This document shows positions 52,015 to 63,528 of a stretch of 64,000 nucleotides of DNA, in pieces. The notes under the pieces are model-generated. The model was not told the origin of the DNA. It did no database searches and saw only the letters and a program-made list of their open reading frames with translations. The DNA is from Octopus vulgaris (Eukaryota): contig OX597831.1 in the NCBI GenBank assembly GCA_951406725.2, positions 34,968,001-35,032,000 of the forward strand, written 5' to 3'. Both the position numbers and the translations under genes were made by a program. The number at the start of each line of letters is the position of its first letter. Within the stretch, counting starts at the first letter, position 1.

Positions 52015-52768
52015 GGGTATGAGAGGTATTGGTATCTAGAAGACCCAAAGAGTGGCAGATAATGCTAAGTAAGTACTATGGACAGACCGTAGTTAAACTC
52101 TTGGTTCGATAGCGATACGAGTAAGGAGTCTAATGTGAGTCTTGTATTAGCATGCATATATATATTAGACAAAATGAGATAACAAAGCCAAGACTATGGG
52201 GAGTTTTCAGGACATTTAAAAGGAAAAAGATATAGATATAGTCATACAGCAGTAATATCTCAGAAGCAGCTGTAAGACTAGATCAATATCTTTTACCTTA
52301 TAAATTTTCTGAAAACTCCTCACAGTCTTGGCTTTGTTATCTCATTTTGCCTAATATATATATATATATTTTTTTTTTGCCAGCTGAGTGAACTGGAACA
52401 ACATGAAATGAAGTGTCTTGCTCAAGAACACAATGGTCCAGCATTCTGAACGACAATCTTATGACCAGAGTCCAATACCCTAATCACTAAGCCACGCACT
52501 TCTACTAAATGCTGGTGAGGGACAAACACAGACACAAAGACACACACATTTAGGTGTGGTCAGCCTGAGGCTACAGTAGAAGACACTTGACTAAGGTACC
52601 ATGCATTGGGACTAGACCTGGAACCATGTGGTTGGGAAGCAATACAATCTCCAGCCTTCATCAGGTGTCTTGGAGAAATTTCAAACCTGGGTTCTCATCC
52701 CTAAGGTATTTTTCGATATTATTATTATCCGAGTTCGATTCCAGGCAGTGACCTTAATAATAATAATA

Positions 52769-52805
<37 letters not shown>

Positions 52806-52862
52806 CGATGATGATGTTGAAAAATATCTTAGGAATGAAAACCCAGGTCCGAAATTTCCCCA

Positions 52863-52910
52863 AGACACCTGATGAAGGCTGGAGGGTATATCAGCTGAAA
52901 CGTTGTGTTA
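52863..52910 (+). ncRNA. minimal type-I hammerhead ribozyme motif in an inverted-repeat element
   Basis: gacac-CTGATGA(52869-75)-a-ggctg/cagct stem II-GAAA(52897-900)-CG-TT-gtgtt; palindromic AACGTT. Confidence 0.7.
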
Positions 52911-53024
52911 ACAACAAACAAGATGAGGAAAAATTTCCATCAAATGTAAATAATGTATCTCAGACATTGCTTTCCAAAATCATATCACACTTCTTAAGAA
53001 TAAAATATGTAACTATGTCCCTAC

Positions 53025-53261
53025 CTTCCAAATATCCAGTGATGTCCTTTGATAGGTTTTCAGCATCCTTAGCAAATTGAATTTCCAGATCCTGAATTTT
53101 ATTGCTCATGTCTGTGATAGTACCAGTATTCTTTGTCAAATTTAGCTTCCCTTCATCTGTGTGATTCTCAATCTTTTTAGAATTCTTTGAAGTTTGTTTC
53201 TCTTTCAAAGAATTACTCAGTGATGTATCCGCCAGAAGAGATGATTTTGATTTTTGTTTAC
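53025..53261 (-). CDS. EF-hand protein exon (low complexity)
   Basis: attAG|GT...G|GTagg; KQKSKSSLLADTSLSNSLKEKQ...DITGYLE; phase 1 to 1. Confidence 0.72.
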
Positions 53262-54971
53262 CTAATTAGTTTGGAAATTAAAAAAAATAAATAGAAGCTT
53301 TTTAATGAAATAATTCAAAATACAAAATAATAGCTGAAAATCTAGTTTTTATATTCTCGACACTCATCTCAACCCTTTTGATACCAATCCAACTGAGACT
53401 TGTTACATCAAAATATAAAAAACCTTCTGTTTTAAAGCCGCCATACTTGAAATAAAACTAACAGATGCAGGAGTAGCTGAGTGGTAAGTAGTTTGCTCAC
53501 CAGCCACATGGTTCTAGGTTCAGTAACACTGCATGGCACCTTGGGCAAGTGTCTTCTACTTTAGCCTTGGGCTGACTAAAGTGTTGTGAGTGGATTTGGT
53601 AGACGGAAGCTGAAAGAAGCCTGTCATATATGTATGTATGTATGTATATATATGTGTGTGTGTATGCATGCATGTATGTATGTATGCATATATGTATATA
53701 GTTGTGCCTGGGGAGAGTCATTCTCTCTTAGTGCCTTATAATTTAACACACTCACCAGTAAAATTTCCACTTATTTCTCTTTTATTTTTCTAAAATTTTC
53801 ATTGTGCCTTGCAACCTTTTCAGTAGTTTTGACAGCATATATTGGGTACTTCCTTTTCAGACCACTGGCACTAGTCAAGTCACCATGCAGCTTGCAAGAC
53901 AATGACACCCAAGCTAAGGTGGGATGGAGCGGCTTTGTATAAAGGGATGAGGGTTTAAAGTATGAGAGAAGGTAGGGCATGTAGGTTCTTGATGTAGAAG
54001 AGTTACAGGCTACTCAAATCTTGAAGAAAGTGTAGCAGATTCTAAACTGAATTGCTGGATAGCCAAATAAACATCACAGCCAAGCCACAGTAGCTTCACA
54101 TGATTGGCCAATTAACCAACCAATCAGCATTAAGCCATTGCATGATTTGACTTCCTAAAACTTTCTCATTGAGCTCAATATAAAGGTAGCTTTTGGTAGC
54201 CACTCCAGAATGTTGAAGCAGCCACTCAATGTCTCTATCCTAACAGCAGTTAGAAGGTACAGATTTGTCATCATGAATGTAGTGCAATTATATTACAGTT
54301 GTGATGGGCCAGCTATAATTGCTATACGAGTTAAACTGTTTGTAGAATCCCAGTCTTTCACTGTACACAATTACTGCTGTTAGATTTTATCAAAAGGCCA
54401 ACACAGAAAACACTATGTGCAGTAAATAAAGCTTCTGTTAATTGTTCGTAAAGGTTGGTCAATACTTCTATACTCAGCCATAGAAATACATTTTTATTCA
54501 CCACTAACATCAAGCACAACATCACAAGAAGAGGATGAGAATGACCAATGAGAGCTGCAAGTTGCGGAGACACATGGTCTAGTGGTTAGGGCAGTGGACT
54601 TGCCAGTCCAGGGATCGCGGGTTCGAATCTCAGACCGGGCAATGTGTGTGTTTATTAGCGAAACACCTAAGCTCCAAGTGGCTCCTGCAGAAGGTAATGG
54701 CGAACTTCTGCTGACTCTTTCGCCATAACTTTCTCTCACTCTTTCCTCCTGCATCTTGCAGTTCACCTGCAACGGACTGGTGTCCCGTCCAGGTGGGGAA
54801 CCTATATGCCAAGGAAACCTGGAAACTGGCCCTTATGAGCCAGGCATGGCTCAAGAAGGAACAAACTAAACAACTAATAAGAGCTGCGAGTCCAACTGTC
54901 TTCTAAAGGCACAAGGTCAAAAGGAGTGGAAACACTGATTGAACAGAAACAATTAGAATCAAAATACTGAC

Positions 54972-55175
54972 CAGAAAGCATTGGTAACTTTTCTGGAGAT
55001 TCCATGTCTAAGGCTTCAAGAGTGTTTTGAATAGCATCTTCAGCGCTAGATGGTGACGCAGGTGGAACTGCATGTTTTTGGACCACGTGATTGCTTTCTG
55101 GCATGGAATTATTTCTCAACAGACCCTGGAAACTGTTCCAAGATGTGGTTTTTTTCATGGCTCGACCGTTGATAC
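54972..55175 (-). CDS. EF-hand protein exon (GAG acceptor)
   Basis: pyrimidine tract then tttGAG|GT...G|GTcag; INGRAMKKTTSWNSFQGLLRNN...EKLPMLS; phase 1 to 1. Confidence 0.7.
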
Positions 55176-55787
55176 CTCAAAGGAGAAAAGAGGAAGGTAA
55201 AAAACAGAACAAAAATATGCAAAACAAACAAAAAATCATTAGAAGTATATTTTATTTTTTGTATTAATTTTGTTGCCCAAATTTCATAAATTTCAGGAAG
55301 TTGTTCTTTCATCTGACAGCAAAGGGTTTCTCAAGATAGACACACATTCAGATTCAATCACATAAACACACACACACATACATACAGACATCCACATCCA
55401 TCCATCCATACACACACAAACATACACATTATCTTTCCATATAACAAACATGCTCGGATCCATACACCAATACATACATACATACAAACATACATACATC
55501 TGTCAATTCATCTATAAACACATCCATCTATATATCTATACTGCATACATACACATCCATCCATACATAAACACATATGCAATATCTTTACATATGCACA
55601 TATCCACCGGTTGGCCCACCACCCATGATTTGGTAAAGATGGATGAAAAAAATGGGATAATCATGGATTTGACTATAAGCCACCACAACAGGGGATAATA
55701 CTCTGGTATATAAGCAGGGACTAAATAACAATAACAACACACCCTCCTCATCCTCCTCAAGCAAAGAAAAGTTGTGATGCGGCTTAC

Positions 55788-55863
55788 CTGCAGAAACTGA
55801 GTGGCGAGTTGTGAGCACTTCATTCTTTACTTTCGTAGAAGATATTTTATCCTCAGCAACATC
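55788..55863 (-). CDS. EF-hand protein exon
   Basis: ctgcAG|GAT...G|GTaagc; DVAEDKISSTKVKNEVLTTRHSVSA; phase 0 to 1. Confidence 0.7.
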
Positions 55864-55882
55864 CTGCAGCAGAAATAATATA

Positions 55883-55929
<47 letters not shown>

Positions 55930-56108
55930 CTTAAAATTAAAGAGCCAGCTGTAAAACACGATAAATGTTTTTATTATTCATTCCCTTCAAAATTGCTCTT
56001 AACTGTGGTTTGGACTTTTTAACTGTTCCTTCTAGTATGTAAGGCGACCTGTTAAGGCTCACCTCTTTTGTGTTTAAATGTACACTAATTTATATATATA
56101 TATGTACA

Positions 56109-56177
<69 letters not shown>

Positions 56178-56519
56178 ATTGATCAGAGAACAAACATCAA
56201 ATTTGAGTCAATGACTTTATATAACACCATGCTTCCATACATTTGATCATATAAAAATATTATATGTGTGTGTGTGTGTGTGTATGTATATATGTATTCT
56301 TTTACTCGTTTCAGTCATTTGACTGTGGCCATGCTGGAGCACCACCTATAGTCAGACAAATTGACCCGAAGACTTATTCTTTGTAAGACTAATACTTATT
56401 CTATCGATGTCATTTGCTGAACAGGGACAAAAACATACCAGCATCGGTTGTCAAGCGAAGATGGGGGGACAAACGGACACACAAATACACACATGCACAC
56501 ACATATATATATATGTGTG

Positions 56520-56586
<67 letters not shown>

Positions 56587-56717
56587 ATATATATTGTCCA
56601 CACATAGAACAGATGCAACAATTAGACAAATTACAGAAGCTACACATATAATAGAAAATAAACCTAGCCTGAATAGAAAATTAGAATGGAGCAATAGCGC
56701 ACACCACAACATATGAT

Positions 56718-58607
56718 ATCCCGGCACTTCGCAAGGACCATAAAGGTTTTACTGACCCTATAGCAGGACCACCAACAAGACCAGTCTGTGGAGCGAATAT
56801 CGCTAGCAATTACAGAATCTCCTACTTCCTCTCAATGATCATACGCCCTATAATCAGGATGTCACCTGATGTGTGTGACAGCACAGAAGATCTCCTAAGC
56901 AGGATCAGTGACTGTAACAAAACTTGTGACTTGACGGGATGTATAGTAGGTAGCATGGATGTGGTATCCCTATACCCATCGATTGACGTAGATTTTGCAG
57001 TGGAGAAGTGCGTGGAGATGATCAACGAGAGCCAGGTGGAGTTCTGTAATGTCGACACAGAAGAACTGGGCCTCCTACTTAGACTGACATATAATAGTGA
57101 ATACTTAGATAAACATAATCTTAGTAGTTTCTGCCCCAGTAGATGTTTAAGAGGTAGACCGCCTACAATTACTTCTATGGCTAGGAAGACACATATAGAA
57201 AGATGGCGCGGATGGACCAGAGCCATACGGAGCCCCGCAAATGTCCATCAGGTAAAGAAAATGATCGCACATGCACTAGGAGCTAGTATAAGAGTTACCC
57301 TAAAAGGCCACACATTTAAATTTAATAATAAAATATATGCCCAGGACGTGGGGGCAGCCATCGGTGTTAGTATCGCTGGTGATGTGGCCAACCTCTTCAT
57401 GGTATGGTGGGACAGAAGGCTTAAAGAATGCCTACTGCAGAAATCCATACTCGTAAACATGTACTCTCGCTATGTTGATGATATCAATATAGTAGTAAAG
57501 GCACCCCCACAAGAGAGTACTGTTGATATAGTAATAGAAACTAATACTATGGAGAGCATCCAGCAAATAGCTAACTCCATCCACCAGAGTATTAAGGTCA
57601 CAATAGACTACCCCACTAAACACCCCAACCATAGACTACCAGTACTAGACACTGAACTCTGGCTAGAAATTGTGAAAAATAAAACCCAAATCCTTCATTC
57701 ATACTATGCAAAACCTATGGCCTCAAAATACCTGATCCACCGGAACTCAGCCATTGCGGGCAATGCCAAATTCAATATTTTGATGGCAGACCTCGTCAGA
57801 ATAATGAGAAATGTGTCACGCATGTGCGAGCCTACAGAATTAAAGAGACACATACAGTATTTCATTCACCGCATGCAGTTCTCAGGTTACAGCCATAAAG
57901 AAAGGATCAGAGTATACAAAGGAGCCATGAAGAAATTTGATAATATATTATGTAATGATAGGAATGGGATTTGCCCACTCTATAGGAACAAGTCATGGAA
58001 CACTATAGAAAGGACAAAAAAGAAAATAGGGAAGGCCAACTCTTGGTATGATAGCCATAAATACCAGAGTGTCATGTTCGTTGACACCACCCCTGGAGGT
58101 GAACTAGCGTACCGCTTTAGAAGGACCCTAGATAAACTTAAACTAAGAATTAAGGTTGTTGAAAAGCCAGGCAACCCTATCAGATCTATAATTGGTAGAA
58201 GCTATCCTTTTAGTAGAACTCTCTGTACGGATAACTATTGCACTGTATGTAGATTTAGCCCACAAACGAACTGTAAAGCCAGAAATGTGGTCTATAGTAT
58301 AAGATGTATAGAGGGACGATGCAGTAACAAGACAGTAACATACGTAGGGGAAACTGCAAGAAGCATTGGTGAGCGGGTGAATGAACATTGGAGACAACTC
58401 AAGGAAGGTAAAAGCTCATCGATTCTGTACCAACACGCCGAACAAGAACACGGGGGATCAATCAATAACATAGAGATTAAGATATTGTCCACACATAGAA
58501 CAGATGCAACAATTAGACAAATTACAGAAGCTACACATATAATAGAAAATAAACCTAGCCTGAATAGAAAACTAGAATGGAGCAATAGCGCACACCACAA
58601 CATATGA
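56718..58607 (+). CDS. PLE polyprotein: reverse transcriptase + GIY-YIG endonuclease (N-terminus missing)
   Basis: open frame extends upstream of Met 56835 to ALRKDHK..PPTRPV; SMDVVSLYPSI, GAAIG, YVDD, LPVLD, YAKPM; Cys linker CTDNYCTVC..C; VVY..C...C..YVGET.R...R..EH. Confidence 0.93.
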   Translation: MPALRKDHKGFTDPIAGPPTRPVCGANIASNYRISYFLSMIIRPIIRMSPDVCDSTEDLLSRISDCNKTCDLTGCIVGSMDVVSLYPSIDVDFAVEKCVEMINESQVEFCNVDTEELGLLLRLTYNSEYLDKHNLSSFCPSRCLRGRPPTITSMARKTHIERWRGWTRAIRSPANVHQVKKMIAHALGASIRVTLKGHTFKFNNKIYAQDVGAAIGVSIAGDVANLFMVWWDRRLKECLLQKSILVNMYSRYVDDINIVVKAPPQESTVDIVIETNTMESIQQIANSIHQSIKVTIDYPTKHPNHRLPVLDTELWLEIVKNKTQILHSYYAKPMASKYLIHRNSAIAGNAKFNILMADLVRIMRNVSRMCEPTELKRHIQYFIHRMQFSGYSHKERIRVYKGAMKKFDNILCNDRNGICPLYRNKSWNTIERTKKKIGKANSWYDSHKYQSVMFVDTTPGGELAYRFRRTLDKLKLRIKVVEKPGNPIRSIIGRSYPFSRTLCTDNYCTVCRFSPQTNCKARNVVYSIRCIEGRCSNKTVTYVGETARSIGERVNEHWRQLKEGKSSSILYQHAEQEHGGSINNIEIKILSTHRTDATIRQITEATHIIENKPSLNRKLEWSNSAHHNI

Positions 58608-59088
58608 CAATAGTGGATCCTGCAAACATAATAAATACACAGGTAATTAAAGAAATAGAAATGAATATCTATATGTGTATATATGTGTGTATATATGTAT
58701 ATATATGTATATGTATATGTATATGTATGTATATATATATATATGTATATGTATATTCTTTTTTTTTTTTTTTTTCGATTAGATTTATTATTATTATTAC
58801 TAATATTGTTGTTATACATACATACAAGCATATGTAATGATAATAATGGGTGGATGTAAACACATGAACAAAATTAGAACAAAAGCAACAACAACAAAAA
58901 CAAAATACAAATTAGAAGAATGTATATAACCAGAAGATACAAATATTACAGGCATCCCCCCACACACACACTAAATAAACATAGACGCACATAGAGATAT
59001 AAGCATGCGCAAATGAAGACATACAATAGAAATACAAAATGGCTGACGGTTAGTAAGGAGAGACACAAGTAAGTGAGAAGAAAACAAA

Positions 59089-59133
59089 GGACCACTGATG
59101 CGGTCACAGGAGTGTGACGAAAGAACTTTGGCC
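59089..59133 (+). ncRNA. hammerhead-like motif in the PLE 3' region
   Basis: ggacca-CTGATGC-g-GTCAC aggagt GTGAC-GAAA-gaac-TT-tggcc; perfect 5-bp stem II; A9 replaced by C. Confidence 0.6.
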
Positions 59134-59247
59134 GAAATAAGATTAAGATTAATGTAAAAAATAAATATCACTGAAGCAAAATAACACCAAATATATAGTG
59201 CGTGTGTTTTTATTGGCTAAACTGGCAATATGACCATTCCGAAATAT

Positions 59248-59285
<38 letters not shown>

Positions 59286-59989
59286 GATGGGCTTCTTTCA
59301 GTTTCTGTCTACCAAATCCACTCACAAAGCTTTGATCAGCCCAAGATTATAGCAGAAGGTGCCACACAGTGAGACTGAGCCTGGAACTATGTGGTTGGTG
59401 GCACCTTGGGCAAGTGTCTTCTACTATAACCTCAGGCTGACCAAAGCTTTGTGAGTGGATTTGGTTGATGGAAACTGAAAGAAGTCCATTATATATACAT
59501 ACATGTATCTATGTATGTATGTATGTCCCCCCACCATCGCTTGAAAACTGGTGTTGATGTGTTTGCTTCCCTGTGACTTAGCACACACACACACACACAA
59601 ACAGCAACATACACACACATTACATAAGGAGCTAGAAAACCCTCAAAATTACGATTTTCTTTCCTTAACAAACATTCACACCATTTGCACCCAGTACCTG
59701 TACATAGGAAAGACACAAACTGCACTCACAGAGACATGCATATACAAACACAAGTACACAGTGAGAGAGAGAGAGAGAAACAGAAAGAAAGAGACACATA
59801 TACACATAAGTGTGCATACATTATGCATTATATAAGCAGCTATAAAACAAACAAACAAATACAATTTTGCCCAGCATTCTGCTACATGCATGATGAATGC
59901 ATACACAGGAAGACACAAATTGAAGCACTCAGAGAGAGGCATGTATTCATATAGAGGCTCACTGAGTGGCATACAAATATACACTCAAA

Positions 59990-60405
59990 GCCACACAAAT
60001 ACACGCACACATATACACAAGCTACATGCACATGCAAAGCTACACACACTCACAAACACAAGAAACCACACACATACAAATCCACATACACACACAAAGC
60101 CAGACACACACAAAGCCACATGCGCATACACTCTCGTGCTTGCACACACACACACACATACACACACACACAAAGCCACATGCACACCCACACACAAACA
60201 CACAAAGCTACACACACATACACACACACACAAAGCCACATGCACACACACACACAAAGTGACATGCACACACACAAAGTTACACACGCACACACACACA
60301 CACACACAAAGCCACGTGCACACACACACACACACAAAGTGACATGCACACACACAAAGCTACACACACACACACACACACAAAGCCACATGCACACACA
60401 AAGTC
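59990..60405. repeat. compound (CA)n minisatellite with aaagccacatg/aaagctac spacers
   Basis: directly visible. Confidence 0.9.
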
Positions 60406-60522
60406 ACATTATAACTTGAACCCGTGTGGCCCTATTACCTGACCCTAAATCTGACATCTGTCAATCAATTGTAAAGGACAAGAGACAATGTATGGTAAAG
60501 AGGGAAGAATACTGTTACTCAC

Positions 60523-60609
60523 CGACTGGCACCTTCGTAATTGGTTGGAAAGGTGAGACTCATATCTCTCGCAGACTGGATGATCATGGCAGCAGTTCTG
60601 ACAACCCAA
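60523..60609 (-). CDS. probable upstream exon of the same minus-strand gene
   Basis: pyrimidine tract, ttaAG|...|GTgag; 87 nt; phase-0 frame LGCQNCCHDHPVCERYESHLSNQLRRCQS is open and compatible (a second frame is also open). Confidence 0.5.
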
Positions 60610-60737
60610 CTTAAATGAGGAGAAGGAAAAAGGAAGACAAAGAAAATGTCATGAAATCGAATTCCTGAGAAACATTTAACTAAATGAATGAAAAAAGCAA
60701 ATGTGTGTGTGTGTGTGAGCACACATGTATGTGTTAG

Positions 60738-60990
60738 TATGAGGTCTGATCAATAAGTATCCAGGCTGTTGCCATAGTAACGAAGCTACAGCACACAGAG
60801 TGAAGCTGTACAGTACAGATTGACCTTGAACTCTGCTGTGCATGTGCACACTAAGTTTTAACACTCTAGCTCACTTCCGCTGTTTACAGCAGTGCTTGGA
60901 AGGAAGGTGTGTAGCATGTGATCACTGCATTGGCCATGACAGAGAAAGCTGTCGTGGCGATACCTGCTGAGAGGCCTATGCAAAGTTGCA
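60738..60990 (+). mobile_element. 5' end of a mariner-family element related to 15098-15250
   Basis: TA-start tatgaggtctgatcaataagtatcc and gccatagtaac...gcacacagagtgaa resemble the 15098 left end. Confidence 0.55.
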
Positions 60991-61130
60991 GAATGTTTGC
61001 TTATGTGCTGTGTATAATTATTTCATCATTAGATACATACCATCATCATCATCATCACTATTGTTTAATATCTGCTTCACATGCTGGCATGGGTAGGACA
61101 CTTGTTTGCATCATAAGCATTGACCAGTCA

Positions 61131-61400
61131 TGTGGAGGTACGTGGCTTAGTGGATAGGGTGCGGCACTTATGATCATAAGATTGTGATTTTGATTCCAGG
61201 ACAGGATGATGCAAAACATTGTATTGTATTCTTGAGCAAAACACTTCATTTCACATTGCTCCAGTCCACTCAGCTGGTAAAAATGAGTATTCCTGTGACA
61301 GATCAGCGTCCCATCCAGCAGAGAATATATGTGCCATGGAAACTAGGAAATTGGGTCTGTGAGTCTATATGACTCAGCAAGAAGCTTTATGCTTTTTATC
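61131..61400 (+). mobile_element. tRNA-derived SINE with 13-bp TSD
   Basis: cattgaccagtca at 61118-61130 and 61401-61413; A box TGGCTTAGTGG. Confidence 0.8.
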
Positions 61401-61759
61401 CATTGACCAGTCACTGAACGTTTGAAACAGCTGTAAAGCACTATCTTCACCTCATAACATGACCTATCTATGTATAACTATATAACATTTCATATGAATA
61501 AATTATTGCCACCCATATTTGTTATTCCATCTCTTGTCTCTTTATTACTCACTCGAGTTATGTATTTCATAGCCAACTCTTGTTCTGCTAGACTACTTTA
61601 CTCCGATTAGGAAGTTTGATTTTAAGAACTAATTCAGTGTACATCTATTACATGCTTATACTAACATTTTGTCACCCACTCTGTATGTGTGTGTGTGTGT
61701 GTGTACACACATATGTACATGGAATGGAGTACCAGCATCACATTTATTTCTCGGTTACA

Positions 61760-62190
61760 GCCTGCCGGTGGCATGTAAGCGAACCATCTGAACATGGCCA
61801 TTGCTAGCGCTGGGCCTCCGTGCCCGTGGCACGTAAAAAGCACCATCTGATCGTGGCCATTGCCAGCCTCGCCTGGCCCCCGTGCCGGTGGCACGTAAAA
61901 AGCACCATCCGATCATGGCCGTTACCAGCCTCGCCTGGCCCCCGTGCCGGTGGCACGTAAAAAGCACCATCCGACCGTGGCCGTCTGGCACCTGTGCTGG
62001 TGGCACGTAAAAAGCACCCACTTCACTCACGGAGTGGTTGGCGTTAGAAAGGGCATCCAGCCGTAGAAACATTGCCAGATCAGACTGGGTCTGGTGCAGC
62101 CTTCTGGCTTCCCAGACCCCAGTTGAACCGTCCAACCCATGCCAGCATGGAAAGCAGACGCTAAATGATGATGATGATGATGATGATGAT
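61760..62190 (+). mobile_element. RTE 3' UTR fragment with about 5 tandem units and (GAT)n tail
   Basis: same unit and tail as 20036-20817. Confidence 0.85.
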
Positions 62191-62552
62191 GGATTCTATA
62201 TGTTCTGTTCACTGGTATTTGCAGGAGTACTAACTGCAGTAATTGCCTGGATTCTTGATCTCATTTCATTTGAGTACGAATATAAATACACACACAATGT
62301 GCTTTTACATTTAACTGAAGATGTTACTGGCAAAGCAGAAGGTAGAGAGATAGGGTGAGAAAGATAGATTAAAGGCGGATGAAGCAAACTGAGAGAGAAA
62401 GAAAAGATAGAGACAAACTATAAGGTGAGGAAATTTAAAAAAAGAACGTTTGAAACAGCTGTAAAGCACTATCTTCGCCTTGTAACATGACCTATCTATG
62501 TATAACTATATAACATTTCATATGAATAAAGAACATTGAATGTAAAACTTAC

Positions 62553-62633
62553 TGTCTTTGAGGAACCAAGGGAAATTATTTTGGTAACTTTCGGTGGAAC
62601 AACAACAAACTGGAAAAAATCAACATCTTTTGG
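62553..62633 (-). CDS. probable upstream exon of the same minus-strand gene
   Basis: strong tract, tcgcAG|CCA...ACA|GTaag; PKDVDFFQFVVVPPKVTKIISLGSSKT; 81 nt, phase 0 to 0. Confidence 0.5.
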
Positions 62634-62985
62634 CTGCGAAATGAATGAAAACAAAAGAAATATTTTTAGCAAGGAAACAAAATTGCATGTTTGTAAAGGT
62701 GGACTTTGGACTCATGGGAGGTTCTTCATTTTCATATTATCTTCAGAGTTTGGTGACCTTTTACTCATAAGTCATTAATCATTAAACTTTGCTGAGTGAT
62801 GTAGTCTTCAACAGGAACAGATTTAGAATTTACAACTTCTTTTATCTTTTACTTGTTTCAATCATTAGACTGTGGCTATGCTGGGGCACCTCCTTGAAAA
62901 AGTTTCAGTCAAATGTATTGAATACCAGTATCTATTTTAGCCTGGCACTTATTGTATCAGTCTCTTTTGCTGAACTTCTAAGTTA

Positions 62986-63528
62986 TGCTTGCTTCTCCTT
63001 CATTGGACACTAAACGCTGCTTGCAAAGACCTGTTGAGGCAAGTGAAATCGAAATCAAATTCGATGACTGGCATCCGTGCTAGTGGAGTACTAAGAGTAC
63101 TATATGAGTGAAATCGTTGCCAGAGCAACAAGCTGGCCTCCGTGCCGATGGCACGTTAAGCACACCATTCGAGTGTGATTGTTACCTGTGTCACCTTACT
63201 AGCACTTGTGCTGGTGGCACATGAAAAAACATTCGAGCGAGGTCATTGTTGTTGCCAGTGCCGCTGGACTGGCTCCTGTGCAGGTGGCACATAAAAAGCA
63301 CCATTTGAGTGTGATTGTTGCCAGTACTGTCTGACTGGCCCTCGTGCCGGTGGCACGTAAAAGCAGCCACTACACTCTCAGAGTGGTTGGCGTTAGGAAG
63401 GGCATCCAGCTGTAGAAACTCTGCCAGATCAGATTGGAGTCTGGTGCAGCCATCTGGTTTGCCAGTCCTCAGTCAAATCGTCCAACCCATGCTAGCATGG
63501 AAGGCGGACGTTAAACGATGATGATGAT
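62986..63528 (+). mobile_element. RTE 3' UTR fragment (same subfamily as 2215-2752)
   Basis: ccttcattggacactaaac...aaacgatgatg is colinear with 2221-2752. Confidence 0.85.

Larger units (their letters stand above)
56591..59250 (+). mobile_element. Penelope-like retroelement (probably Naiad/Chlamys-type), 5'-truncated, partial-tandem structure
   Basis: bounded by (TA)n on both sides; splits a family-A SINE (56297-56500 and 59283-59399); 126-bp direct repeat 56591-56716 = 58482-58607. Confidence 0.9.

Noticed and set aside
58605-59250. Selenocysteine readthrough or SECIS, as reported for some Naiad elements
   Set aside because: No internal in-frame TGA in the visible ORF; the terminal TGA is followed by CAA TAG; no convincing SECIS found by eye
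62196-62326. Candidate minus-strand exon with a good acceptor
   Set aside because: No phase-compatible donor could be supported and the frame ends in a stop; left unannotated
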